DNA of 64,000 nucleotides from Candidatus Pacearchaeota archaeon (GTDB lineage Archaea; Nanobdellota; Nanobdellia; Pacearchaeales; GW2011-AR1): NCBI GenBank assembly GCA_041660485.1, contig JBAZWF010000001.1, positions 279,076 to 343,075 of the forward strand, read 5' to 3'. Shown piece by piece: positions 56,376 to 64,000 of this stretch (position 1 is its first letter; each line of letters starts with the position of its first letter). The notes under the pieces were generated by a model. It saw only the letters and a program-made list of their open reading frames with translations, ran no database searches and was not told where the DNA came from. The position numbers and the translations under genes were made by a program.

Positions 56376-57725
56376 TTACAACCTCTCAATCTCTCTTGCA
56401 ATACTAAACAACTTACTTTCATTTCCCTTAGCACACATTATCTGCAAACCAACCGGGACATCATTTATTCTTCCAGCAGGCATTGTTAAAGCGCAAATCT
56501 CTGCGAGATTTGCTGGAATTGTCAAAGCATCATAAGCATAAATCTCTTCAACAGCCATTGACTCTCCAATTTTCCAAGGTAAACCCGGACAAGTAGGAAT
56601 AATAACACAATCAACTTTTTCAAAAGCCTTTTCAAATTCCTGTTTTATCAGCTCTTTAACTTCCAAAGCTTTTTGATAATATCTTCCTTCATGTTCAGCC
56701 TTAGTAATTTCACTTCCACCTAAAATTCTTCTCAACAATTCAGGCCCAGCAACATCTTCAATTTTCTTTCCAAATCTTCTGCCATCAAATTTTCTTGTTC
56801 CTGAAAAAACTTCTGTATAAACAATTGGGTAATATGTTTCAACAGCAGCATCAATATATTTTATTTCAATTTCCTTTTTATCCCATTTATATTTTTCAAC
56901 AGCTAATTTAATTTTTTCATCAATCATTTTTTGAACATCTTTTGTAGAAATTGGTTTTAAAACACCTATTTTTATTTTCCCGGGATTTTGAATTTTAATA
57001 TCATTTCTTTTATAAGTTGTCGGATCTTTTTCATCATAACCTTTTATAACATCTAATAACAAGCCAGTTGATTCAACATCACTTCCAATAACTCCAATCT
57101 GGTCAAAACTCATTGCCATATCAACTAAACCATAACGAGAAACAAAACCATAACTTGGTTTAATTCCAATAACTCCACAATGTGATGCCGGATTTCTAAT
57201 ACTTCCTCCTGTATCACTTCCTAAAGCAATATCACAAAATCCTGCTGCAACAGATGCTGCACTTCCACTTGATGTTCCACCAGGAATTAAATCTAATTTA
57301 ACTGGATTTTTTGTTGGCCCAAATGCACTTGTCTCTCCACTTCCTCCACATGCAAACTCGTCCATATTTGCAATTCCTAAAATTATTCCATCTTCTTTTT
57401 TTATTTTTTCAATTACACTAGCATCATAAGGCGCAATCCAGTCTTTCAAAGTTAAACTTGCGCAGTTGCATTCCAAACCCTTAACACAAATATTAGCCTT
57501 AACAATTATCACAAGTCCAACAAGTCTTCCAACCTTAATACCTTTTTTTATTTTTTCGTCAACTGCTTTAGCATCTGCAATTGCATTTGGATTTAAACTA
57601 AGAACTGCATTTATTTTCTTTCCTTTCAAATTATCTTTTTCAATTGCTTCAATAAATTTTTTAACATTATCAACTGCCTTCAGTTTCCCAGATTTAATAG
57701 CTTCAACTTTTTCAATTGTTTTCAT
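56376..57725 (-). CDS. gatA: Asp-tRNA(Asn)/Glu-tRNA(Gln) amidotransferase subunit A
   Basis: Amidase signature [45 protein letters not shown]; 449 aa. Confidence 0.9.
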   Translation of the reverse strand: [449 protein letters not shown]

Positions 57726-58126
57726 TTTATATCTCCTTTAGAAATTAAAAATTCAATATTTTTACCAACCTTATATTTTCCAGAATTAATATCACTAACA
57801 CTTAACCATTTAATTTCTTTAACTGGATTTAATGGTTTTATTTTATCTTTATTTTTTAATTTAGCAAGATAATGAATTAAAACAATTGTCATAACTTCAC
57901 CAGTTTGTTGATTTTTATAAACAACTAAGGGAGATAAAGGTTTAATTATTTCTATATCTCCATTAATTTCTTCTTTTGTTTCTCTATAACAAGTTTGTTC
58001 TAAATCTTCACCATTATGTAAAGTTCCTCCAGGCAATTTATAGAAATTGTCCTTAGAATCTTTGATAACTAAAACTTTGTGATTTTCAATTATGACCGGT
58101 CCTGAAGCAATTATCATTTCACCCAC
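57722..58126 (-). CDS. NUDIX hydrolase
   Basis: Nudix box GGTLHNGEDLEQTCYRETKEEING. Confidence 0.75.
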   Translation of the reverse strand: MGEMIIASGPVIIENHKVLVIKDSKDNFYKLPGGTLHNGEDLEQTCYRETKEEINGDIEIIKPLSPLVVYKNQQTGEVMTIVLIHYLAKLKNKDKIKPLNPVKEIKWLSVSDINSGKYKVGKNIEFLISKGDIK

Positions 58127-58380
58127 GCCCCTTTTTCAGCAACAATGCAATCATTATCTTTTTTTGGAGCATTTTCAAACATTATCATTCTAAAATCATT
58201 ACCAGACATTAAATGCCCGCTTTCCTCTCTCATAAAAACTTCTCTATCAACAATTCCTTCTTTTCTAGCAGGCAATTTATCTAAAGTTTTTGCAAAACTC
58301 TCCATAACTCCTTTAGCTTTTTTCTCAATTTCTTTTTTCTCCTGTTCTGAAAGCCTTCTCCAGATTAATTCACTTGCCAT
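58114..58380 (-). CDS. gatC: Asp/Glu-tRNA amidotransferase subunit C (tentative)
   Basis: About 88 aa from the MASELIW Met; position next to gatA; C-terminal AEKGAWVK resembles the GatC tail. Confidence 0.45.
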   Translation of the reverse strand: MASELIWRRLSEQEKKEIEKKAKGVMESFAKTLDKLPARKEGIVDREVFMREESGHLMSGNDFRMIMFENAPKKDNDCIVAEKGAWVK

Positions 58381-58435
58381 AATTAGAATAAAATTATAGA
58401 GTTTAAAAATGTGGTGTAGAAACATTTAAATACCA

Positions 58436-58451
58436 GTAAGATTAATCTTAC
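58436..58451 (+). promoter_or_regulatory. perfect 16-bp palindrome gtaagattaatcttac ending 2 nt before the antitoxin ATG
   Basis: Exact reverse-complement symmetry; candidate AbrB-type antitoxin operator. Confidence 0.6.
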
Positions 58452-58453
58452 CT

Positions 58454-58723
58454 ATGTCAAAAATAAACATAATTAAAGTAAGTTCAAAAGGGCAGATAGT
58501 TATTCCTCAAGAAATGCGCGAAGATATAAAAGAAGGAGACAAACTAATTGTAATTCAAAATGATAATCAAATAATTCTTAAAAAAACAGAACATTTTGAT
58601 AAAAACATAGAAGAAGATTTAGAATTTGCCAAAAGAACAAGAGAAGCATGGAAAGAAATTGAAGAAGGAAAATGCACTCGTCTGGAATTTGATGATTTCA
58701 TAAAAGAAATCAGAAAATGGTAA
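58454..58723 (+). CDS. AbrB/MazE/SpoVT-family antitoxin
   Basis: IIKVSSKGQIVIPQEMRE swapped-hairpin motif. Confidence 0.6.
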   Translation: MSKINIIKVSSKGQIVIPQEMREDIKEGDKLIVIQNDNQIILKKTEHFDKNIEEDLEFAKRTREAWKEIEEGKCTRLEFDDFIKEIRKW

Positions 58724-58962
58724 ATGTTATTTTTGCAGAACATTTTAAAAAAGTTGTATTGAAATTAGACAATTCTATAAAAGCTCATTTAGAAAAAATA
58801 ATTTACAAAATTAAAGAAAATCCAGAAATGGGAAAACCAATGAGATTTGATAGAAAAGAGACAAGAGAAGTTTATGTAAGTCCATTTAGATTATCTTATT
58901 TTTATGATAAAAAACAGGATACACTTTATTTTCTTGACTTCTATCATAAAGACAAGCAATAA
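58717..58962 (+). CDS. RelE/ParE (YoeB-like) toxin
   Basis: PEMGKPMRFDRKETREVYVSPFRLSYFYD...LYFLDFYHKD; overlaps the antitoxin by 7 nt. Confidence 0.55.
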   Translation: MVNVIFAEHFKKVVLKLDNSIKAHLEKIIYKIKENPEMGKPMRFDRKETREVYVSPFRLSYFYDKKQDTLYFLDFYHKDKQ

Positions 58963-59056
58963 TTTAATTTTATCTCGACGCTGATTTTCACTACTAGTTA
59001 CTCATAATCAGGGATAAATAAGAAAGGTTTAAAAGAAAAGATTTTGTTAAAATTCT

Positions 59057-59707
59057 ATGTTAAAATCCTTATTATCCTCAAGAATGTTTAGACTAGAAAT
59101 TCCAGATTTTTACGAAAAAGGAGAATTTGATGATTTATGTAAAGGAATGTCTGCATTAATTGCCTATAAAAGAATTGCAAATTGCATAGAAACCGGACTT
59201 GGCTTGCCAGTTGAACAAATGGTTTATTGGACAGAAGAAAGAAGTCCAAATCACCACAAATATATTAAAACTCCAAAATGGCCAGTTGCTTCAATTAAGG
59301 TTAAGGGTCCTGCAACAAGAACTCAAGAAATAATCAACTATCCAAGGTTTGAAGAATTTAATTTAGGTATTATTGTTGCATCAAATTCTTCAGGAGGAAT
59401 GCAACCAAATTCAATTGAAGATTATGCTTATTCAATTTATCACAATACTAATAACCCAATAAGAGATTATGAAGATGCTCAAAATAAAATAGCAGAACAA
59501 TTTGGAAAAGAAGAGTTTATTGATTATGTTGATAATACTGTTGCAGACTATGTTAGATTAACTGGCTTTGACGCAATTTCTCAAGGAAGAATATATTTAG
59601 AAATTGGTAATATCCCGAGATTAAAGAAAGTTCCTTCAAAATTCAGCAAAGTAATAAGTGGATTTAAGCCAAAAAGATGCGCAGACATAACTTATGTTAA
59701 GATTTAA
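59057..59707 (+). CDS. hypothetical protein
   Basis: 216 aa; no motif. Confidence 0.4.
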   Translation: MLKSLLSSRMFRLEIPDFYEKGEFDDLCKGMSALIAYKRIANCIETGLGLPVEQMVYWTEERSPNHHKYIKTPKWPVASIKVKGPATRTQEIINYPRFEEFNLGIIVASNSSGGMQPNSIEDYAYSIYHNTNNPIRDYEDAQNKIAEQFGKEEFIDYVDNTVADYVRLTGFDAISQGRIYLEIGNIPRLKKVPSKFSKVISGFKPKRCADITYVKI

Positions 59708-59716
59708 TATTATTTC

Positions 59717-59929
59717 TTAGAATCTACTCAAAAATCTTTCTGTTGATTTTGAAATCCCATTAGGAACTACTTGAATTTCTTCTTCAACAAAATCAAAGTC
59801 TGAAGCAAACACATCTCCAGGAGAAGCCATATCTCCTCCACATCTTTCTACAGCTCCTTTGTAATCAAAATCAGGAATAGCTACATAATTTCTATTTCTA
59901 TATCTATTCTCATCAACTTCTCTTGTCAT
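59717..59929 (-). CDS. hypothetical small protein
   Basis: 70-aa ORF. Confidence 0.3.
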   Translation of the reverse strand: MTREVDENRYRNRNYVAIPDFDYKGAVERCGGDMASPGDVFASDFDFVEEEIQVVPNGISKSTERFLSRF

Positions 59930-59983
59930 TAATAATAAAATTAATTTATGTTTATAAATATTTATATAATTTTTATTAGAAAT

Positions 59984-61258
59984 TTAAGGAGTCAATCTAT
60001 CTCTATCTCTTGGAAATAATACAGCTTCTCGAATATTCTGCAAACCTAAAATAAGCATAGTTATCCTTTCTAATCCAACCCCCCAGCCAGCATGTGGTGG
60101 AGCTCCAAATCTAAAACTATCAACATAAGCTTTGAAATCTTTTGGATTTAATCCTTTAATTTTTAATCTTTCAATTAACAATTCAGGCAAATGAATTCTT
60201 TGCCCCCCTGAAGAAATTTCCATGCCCTGATAAATAGCATCAAAACCATATGACAAATCTTTTCCTTTAGGCATTATATAAAATGGTTTCCCACTTATTG
60301 GCCAGTCATGAACAAAAATAACTGTATCAGGATGCATTTCACCTAATTTTTTTTCAGCATCTCCTGATAAATCATCTTTTCCAACATGAATTTTATGCTT
60401 TTTCATTATTTCAGCAACTTCATGAAAAGTCATATACTTAACACCCGGCACTTTTAATTTAACATCTAAAATTTCTAATTCTTTTTTATTTAATTCCATA
60501 ACTCTTTTAATAATATACTGAACACATCTACCTAAAACTTCCATTACTATTTTATCATCTGCAAATGCCTGTTCATAATCAAACTGTCTTGATTCATTTA
60601 AATGTCTAACTGTATTATGTTTTTCAGCTCTCCATACAGTAAAAATTGCAAAAACTTTTTCCATTGAACAAGCAAGCATTTGTTTATACAACTGACAACT
60701 CTGAGATAGACACGCTTTTTTTTCAAAATACTGAACATTAAATAAATCTGTTCCACCCTCACTTGATGAACCAATTATTGAAGGAAACTGAGCTTGAACT
60801 GCATTTTCTTTATTCATAAACTCAACATAAGCTAATTGAATTGTTGATTGAACTTTAAAAATTGCCTGAGTTTCTTTTCTATGTAAATCTAAAAACCTAT
60901 AATCTAATCTTTTTGGCAATTCAGTTTTAGAAAAATCACTAACATCAATTGGCAAAGGATGTTCAGCTTTTGCAAGAACTTCAATTTTCTCAATTAAAAT
61001 TTCTTTTCCGCCCGGAGCTTGTTTTGAATCTTTTATTTCTCCAACTAATTCAATAACTGATTCTCTCGGAAGTTCTTTAATCAGTTCGAAAACTTTTTCA
61101 GGAGTTTCTTTTTTAATTCCAATTGTTTGAATTGTTCCTGTTGTATCTCTTAATATAATAAATCTAATTTTACTTAAATCTCTTACTTCATGAACCCATC
61201 CTTTAAGCAAAACTTTTCCTTTCTTCTCAAATGCTTCACTAATATATGTTCTTTCCAT
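59984..61258 (-). CDS. aspS: aspartate--tRNA ligase (archaeal type, probably non-discriminating)
   Basis: N-terminal OB fold, class II motifs, motif 3 FRFGAPPHAGWGVGLERITMLILGLQNIREAVLFPRDRDRLTP; GatCAB present nearby. Confidence 0.8.
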   Translation of the reverse strand: MERTYISEAFEKKGKVLLKGWVHEVRDLSKIRFIILRDTTGTIQTIGIKKETPEKVFELIKELPRESVIELVGEIKDSKQAPGGKEILIEKIEVLAKAEHPLPIDVSDFSKTELPKRLDYRFLDLHRKETQAIFKVQSTIQLAYVEFMNKENAVQAQFPSIIGSSSEGGTDLFNVQYFEKKACLSQSCQLYKQMLACSMEKVFAIFTVWRAEKHNTVRHLNESRQFDYEQAFADDKIVMEVLGRCVQYIIKRVMELNKKELEILDVKLKVPGVKYMTFHEVAEIMKKHKIHVGKDDLSGDAEKKLGEMHPDTVIFVHDWPISGKPFYIMPKGKDLSYGFDAIYQGMEISSGGQRIHLPELLIERLKIKGLNPKDFKAYVDSFRFGAPPHAGWGVGLERITMLILGLQNIREAVLFPRDRDRLTP

Positions 61259-61345
61259 GATAATTAAGAAAACCTAAGATATTTAAAACTTGTTATTAAT
61301 AAAATAAAAAAATAAAGATAAAAAAGAAAAATTAAATAAATAAAA

Positions 61346-61609
61346 TTATCTTCTTTTCTTTTTAACCGGAGCTTCTTTTTTACTAGAGCTCATTTTTGAA
61401 AACCAGAATATATATAGAATTTCAAGAATTCCTAATGTATTAACCACAAGTAATACTATAAACCATATCATTTGTTTTTGTCTTGCAGCTTTCCATAAAG
61501 CAATTCCTTTCCAAGCTAAACTCCAAACTGCAATTGCAACAATAAATGGAGTCAAAATTGCCATATATGTTACTAAATCTAAACTTTCAAGTCCTGATAC
61601 CATATTCAC
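61346..61609 (-). CDS. small membrane protein
   Basis: 87 aa, two TM helices, basic C-terminal tail. Confidence 0.4.
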   Translation of the reverse strand: MNMVSGLESLDLVTYMAILTPFIVAIAVWSLAWKGIALWKAARQKQMIWFIVLLVVNTLGILEILYIFWFSKMSSSKKEAPVKKKRR

Positions 61610-61650
61610 CTCCTATACAAAATCTAAGTAATTAGTCTTTTAAAACCTTT

Positions 61651-61887
61651 TCAAAAATCTTCATCTTCAAAATGTTCACTTTCCACTTCATCTAAAGTAA
61701 CTAAATCCTCTTCTAGCTCTTCTTCAACCTCGCCCTCATTTTTAAAGGCACAGGCATGCTCTTCAAACATATCTCTCCTCTTAGGCATTATTACATAAAG
61801 CAAAACTAATATATATTTATTTCGGTTTTGTAGGATAACAATCAAAAACGAAATTAGAAACTGCATATCTTTGCGAAACCTTAACAT
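61651..61887 (-). CDS. hypothetical protein with highly acidic C-terminal half
   Basis: 78-aa ORF; true start may be the internal Met, giving about 45 aa. Confidence 0.3.
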   Translation of the reverse strand: MLRFRKDMQFLISFLIVILQNRNKYILVLLYVIMPKRRDMFEEHACAFKNEGEVEEELEEDLVTLDEVESEHFEDEDF

Positions 61888-62128
61888 TATTTAATTATTG
61901 ATTAATAAGTTTACATAAATTTTAACTAAGTAATAATTTTAGATCCATAGATTCCTAACAATATAATAACAAGTTTTCGAAGAAAACTTGCAATCTACCG
62001 CGACTGAAGGGAGCGGTTTAGTAAACATACTATATTGGTTTGTGCTTCGCAAAACCTTCCTAATTTTTTATATGTTTAAATATTAATTAATAGATTATTA
62101 CATATTTTAATAAATTTATAGATAATTA

Positions 62129-63553
62129 TTACTTTACATACTTCTGCAAAATTTCCCCAACCTGCTTTCCAGAAACCTTGCCCTTAAACTTAGCCATTAT
62201 CAATCCCATATATGCATTCATTGACAAACCCGGCTTTTCTTTTATTAACTTAATTATTTCCTGCTCCAATTCATTGCTATCTGTTTTTTCAACAGACAAT
62301 GCTTTATCAACTGAAACTCCTTGTATAATTTTTAATAAAATATTCTGAACATCCTGTTTTTCAATTTTCTTGCTATTAATTAAATTAAGAATACTTTCAA
62401 GAACATCTAAAGTTAATTTTTCATTTATTTTTTCTATTGGCATTTTTTCTTTAATTGAAAGTTCTTTAGGCCAAAGAATAAGCATTTTTGCAACAAGATT
62501 TGCATCATTTGTTATCTGAACAAGTTCTTTAAATTCATCTAATTTACCTTCACTAACCACAAGATTAATCATTTCATCATTTAATCCAAGTTTTTTCAAT
62601 TCGCCTTTAATATCTGCTCTTAGCTTTGGTAAATTTGATTTAACTTCATTAATTAAATCTCTTGAAATAAATAATAATGGCACATCTGTTTCAGGATACA
62701 TTCTTGCAGCTCCAGGCATTGGGCGCATAAAACTAGTTGTCCCATCAGCATTTGCTTTTCTAACTTCTGATTTTCCATTTTTATCTTTTAATTGTCTTTC
62801 AATTTCAGAATCAATTGTTTTAACAAACATTTTCACATCTTGAAAACCTTTTATTTCAACTCTTGAATGTCCTAAAATACTAACATTAACATCTTGTCTA
62901 ATTGTTCCAATTCCTCTTTTAACTTTACAAGCTCTTAAAATATCTCCAAGATGCAATGCAACTTCTTTAACCTGTTCAGGATGATTCATATCAGGTTCTG
63001 TAGAAACTTCTAATAAAGGAATTCCTAATCTATCTAAACGATAAACTGTTTCTTTATCTCTTTGTTCAATAATTCTTGCAGCATCTTCTTCTAATGCAAC
63101 TGTTGCAATTCTAACTTTTCCATAAGCTGTTTCAACCCAGCCATTTCTTGCAATTAAAACAGTTCTCTGAAAACCGCCGGTATTAGAACCATCAATAACT
63201 GTTTTTCTCATTATTTGAGTTGCAGGAATAATATCACAATTCAAAAGTTCAGCAACTTGCAATGCAATTTTAATGCTTTCCCCATTAATCATTTCAGGAG
63301 GAGCTTCATCTAATTCAACTAAACAAGTTGTATCATAACCTTGATAAATAAATGTCTTATCTTTTTCAGCTTCGTGTTTAACAGCTACATCTACTTCTCC
63401 GGTTTCTCCAGCCATTGCATGTAGCTTTCTTCTTACTTCAAATTTCGGTGTATCTGAACGCAAAACAGAAGGGCAGTTGCAAAATAACTTATGTGTTTCC
63501 AGCTGCTGATGTATTTCAAGTCCAGCTTTTAATCCTATTTTAGCATAATCCAT
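62129..63553 (-). CDS. gatB: Asp-tRNA(Asn)/Glu-tRNA(Gln) amidotransferase subunit B
   Basis: MDYAKIGLKAGLEIHQQLETHKLFCNCPS N-terminal GatB/GatE block; 474 aa fits GatB rather than the ~620-aa GatE; gatA and gatC present nearby. Confidence 0.8.
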   Translation of the reverse strand: MDYAKIGLKAGLEIHQQLETHKLFCNCPSVLRSDTPKFEVRRKLHAMAGETGEVDVAVKHEAEKDKTFIYQGYDTTCLVELDEAPPEMINGESIKIALQVAELLNCDIIPATQIMRKTVIDGSNTGGFQRTVLIARNGWVETAYGKVRIATVALEEDAARIIEQRDKETVYRLDRLGIPLLEVSTEPDMNHPEQVKEVALHLGDILRACKVKRGIGTIRQDVNVSILGHSRVEIKGFQDVKMFVKTIDSEIERQLKDKNGKSEVRKANADGTTSFMRPMPGAARMYPETDVPLLFISRDLINEVKSNLPKLRADIKGELKKLGLNDEMINLVVSEGKLDEFKELVQITNDANLVAKMLILWPKELSIKEKMPIEKINEKLTLDVLESILNLINSKKIEKQDVQNILLKIIQGVSVDKALSVEKTDSNELEQEIIKLIKEKPGLSMNAYMGLIMAKFKGKVSGKQVGEILQKYVK

Positions 63554-63588
63554 AAATATCCAAGAAATAAATAGTATTAAAATTTATC

Positions 63589-63846
63589 TTATTCAAAATT
63601 AACCCTTTTAAAATAATGTCTTTGTATTATTTCGCTTTTCAACTTTTTGGTTTCATCAGGAGAATAATCATGAAAATAAATAACTGCTTTATGATCTCTT
63701 GTATAGCCCTTTAATTTATAAGGAAACTTTTCAATAAGATCTTCAAAAGAACAATACTCTCGTCTATTTCTATCTATAGGGTCTCCATCATAAACTAGAT
63801 GAAGGTTTGAATGCTTTGGTTTTCTTATATGTATTTTTCTCGTCAT
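63589..63846 (-). CDS. hypothetical protein
   Basis: 85-aa ORF. Confidence 0.35.
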   Translation of the reverse strand: MTRKIHIRKPKHSNLHLVYDGDPIDRNRREYCSFEDLIEKFPYKLKGYTRDHKAVIYFHDYSPDETKKLKSEIIQRHYFKRVNFE

Positions 63847-64000
63847 TTTAAAATAGGTTAAAGAAGTAGTTATCTTCCAATTAATAAATCACCTTAAAGT
63901 AGTCGAAACTTCTTTAGGTAATAATTTAAAGTGCCTCAAGTAGATAAACCTTTCGTTCTATTATCTTAAATTAAATACACTAAAATTAGGGCTATCAATA

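Noticed and set aside
62129-63553. GatE (archaeal Glu-tRNA(Gln) amidotransferase subunit E) instead of GatB
   Set aside because: Length 474 aa fits GatB, whereas GatE is about 620 aa with an extra insertion domain. gatA and gatC are present nearby, and no gatD-like asparaginase gene is present in the window.
1-64000. tRNA, rRNA, transposase or integrase genes
   Set aside because: Scanned all intergenic gaps for GC-rich ~75-nt cloverleaf candidates and for rRNA-like conserved stretches, and found none. No DDE, HUH or tyrosine-recombinase-like ORFs. No terminal inverted repeats bounding a gene block apart from the hairpin family, which brackets an operon containing an essential gene (cbf5).

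Overview
This is an AT-rich (about 30% GC by eye) archaeal chromosome segment packed with short genes on both strands. The core gene set points to a reduced-genome DPANN-type archaeon. It includes archaeal PheS and PheT, FEN1, family-B DNA polymerase, an XPD-like helicase, Cbf5, RpoL, a eS19/eL39/eL31 ribosomal operon, UMP kinase, Rpp30, CysRS, MetAP2, FtsZ, ScpB, AspRS with GatC, GatA and GatB, and a form III RuBisCO. I found no rRNA, tRNA, CRISPR array, transposase or integrase. The accessory content is unusually rich for 64 kb. (1) A hairpin-dense modular repeat family occurs at two loci, 25.39-25.50 kb and a tandem ~118-bp-period array at 27.94-28.27 kb. Together they bracket an operon of an orphan coiled-coil histidine kinase, cbf5 and a secreted protein. 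(2) A radical SAM/SPASM enzyme sits immediately upstream of a secreted, extremely Cys-rich protein with a Kazal-like domain, duplicated Cys repeats and a PepSY-like C-terminus. (3) Two adjacent giant secreted proteins (1426 and 999 aa) are rich in N-x-S/T sequons; the first carries beta-helix-like repeats and the second carries tail-fibre-like VGIGTTTP repeats with near-identical DNA-level duplications. A class III signal peptide pilin-like protein with a LamG domain lies upstream at 5.7-6.8 kb. (4) There are five toxin-antitoxin-like pairs (MazEF-like, RHH-RelE, VapBC-like, AbrB-RelE and HEPN-MNT). Three of them have exact palindromic or direct-repeat operators visible in the sequence. (5) A defence islet holds a HEPN-MNT pair next to a 927-aa MmeI/Eco57I-like type IIG restriction-modification fusion. 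(6) An operon of three domain-less proteins and two flanking unknowns lies at 39.3-41.8 kb. (7) A membrane glycosyltransferase cluster combines a GT-C enzyme with a processive GT2 carrying the QRRRW motif. (8) Conserved intergenic sequence motifs are shared between the 50.6, 51.4 and 61.9-62.1 kb loci. All functional calls come from motif recognition in the translated ORFs; none were checked against a database.
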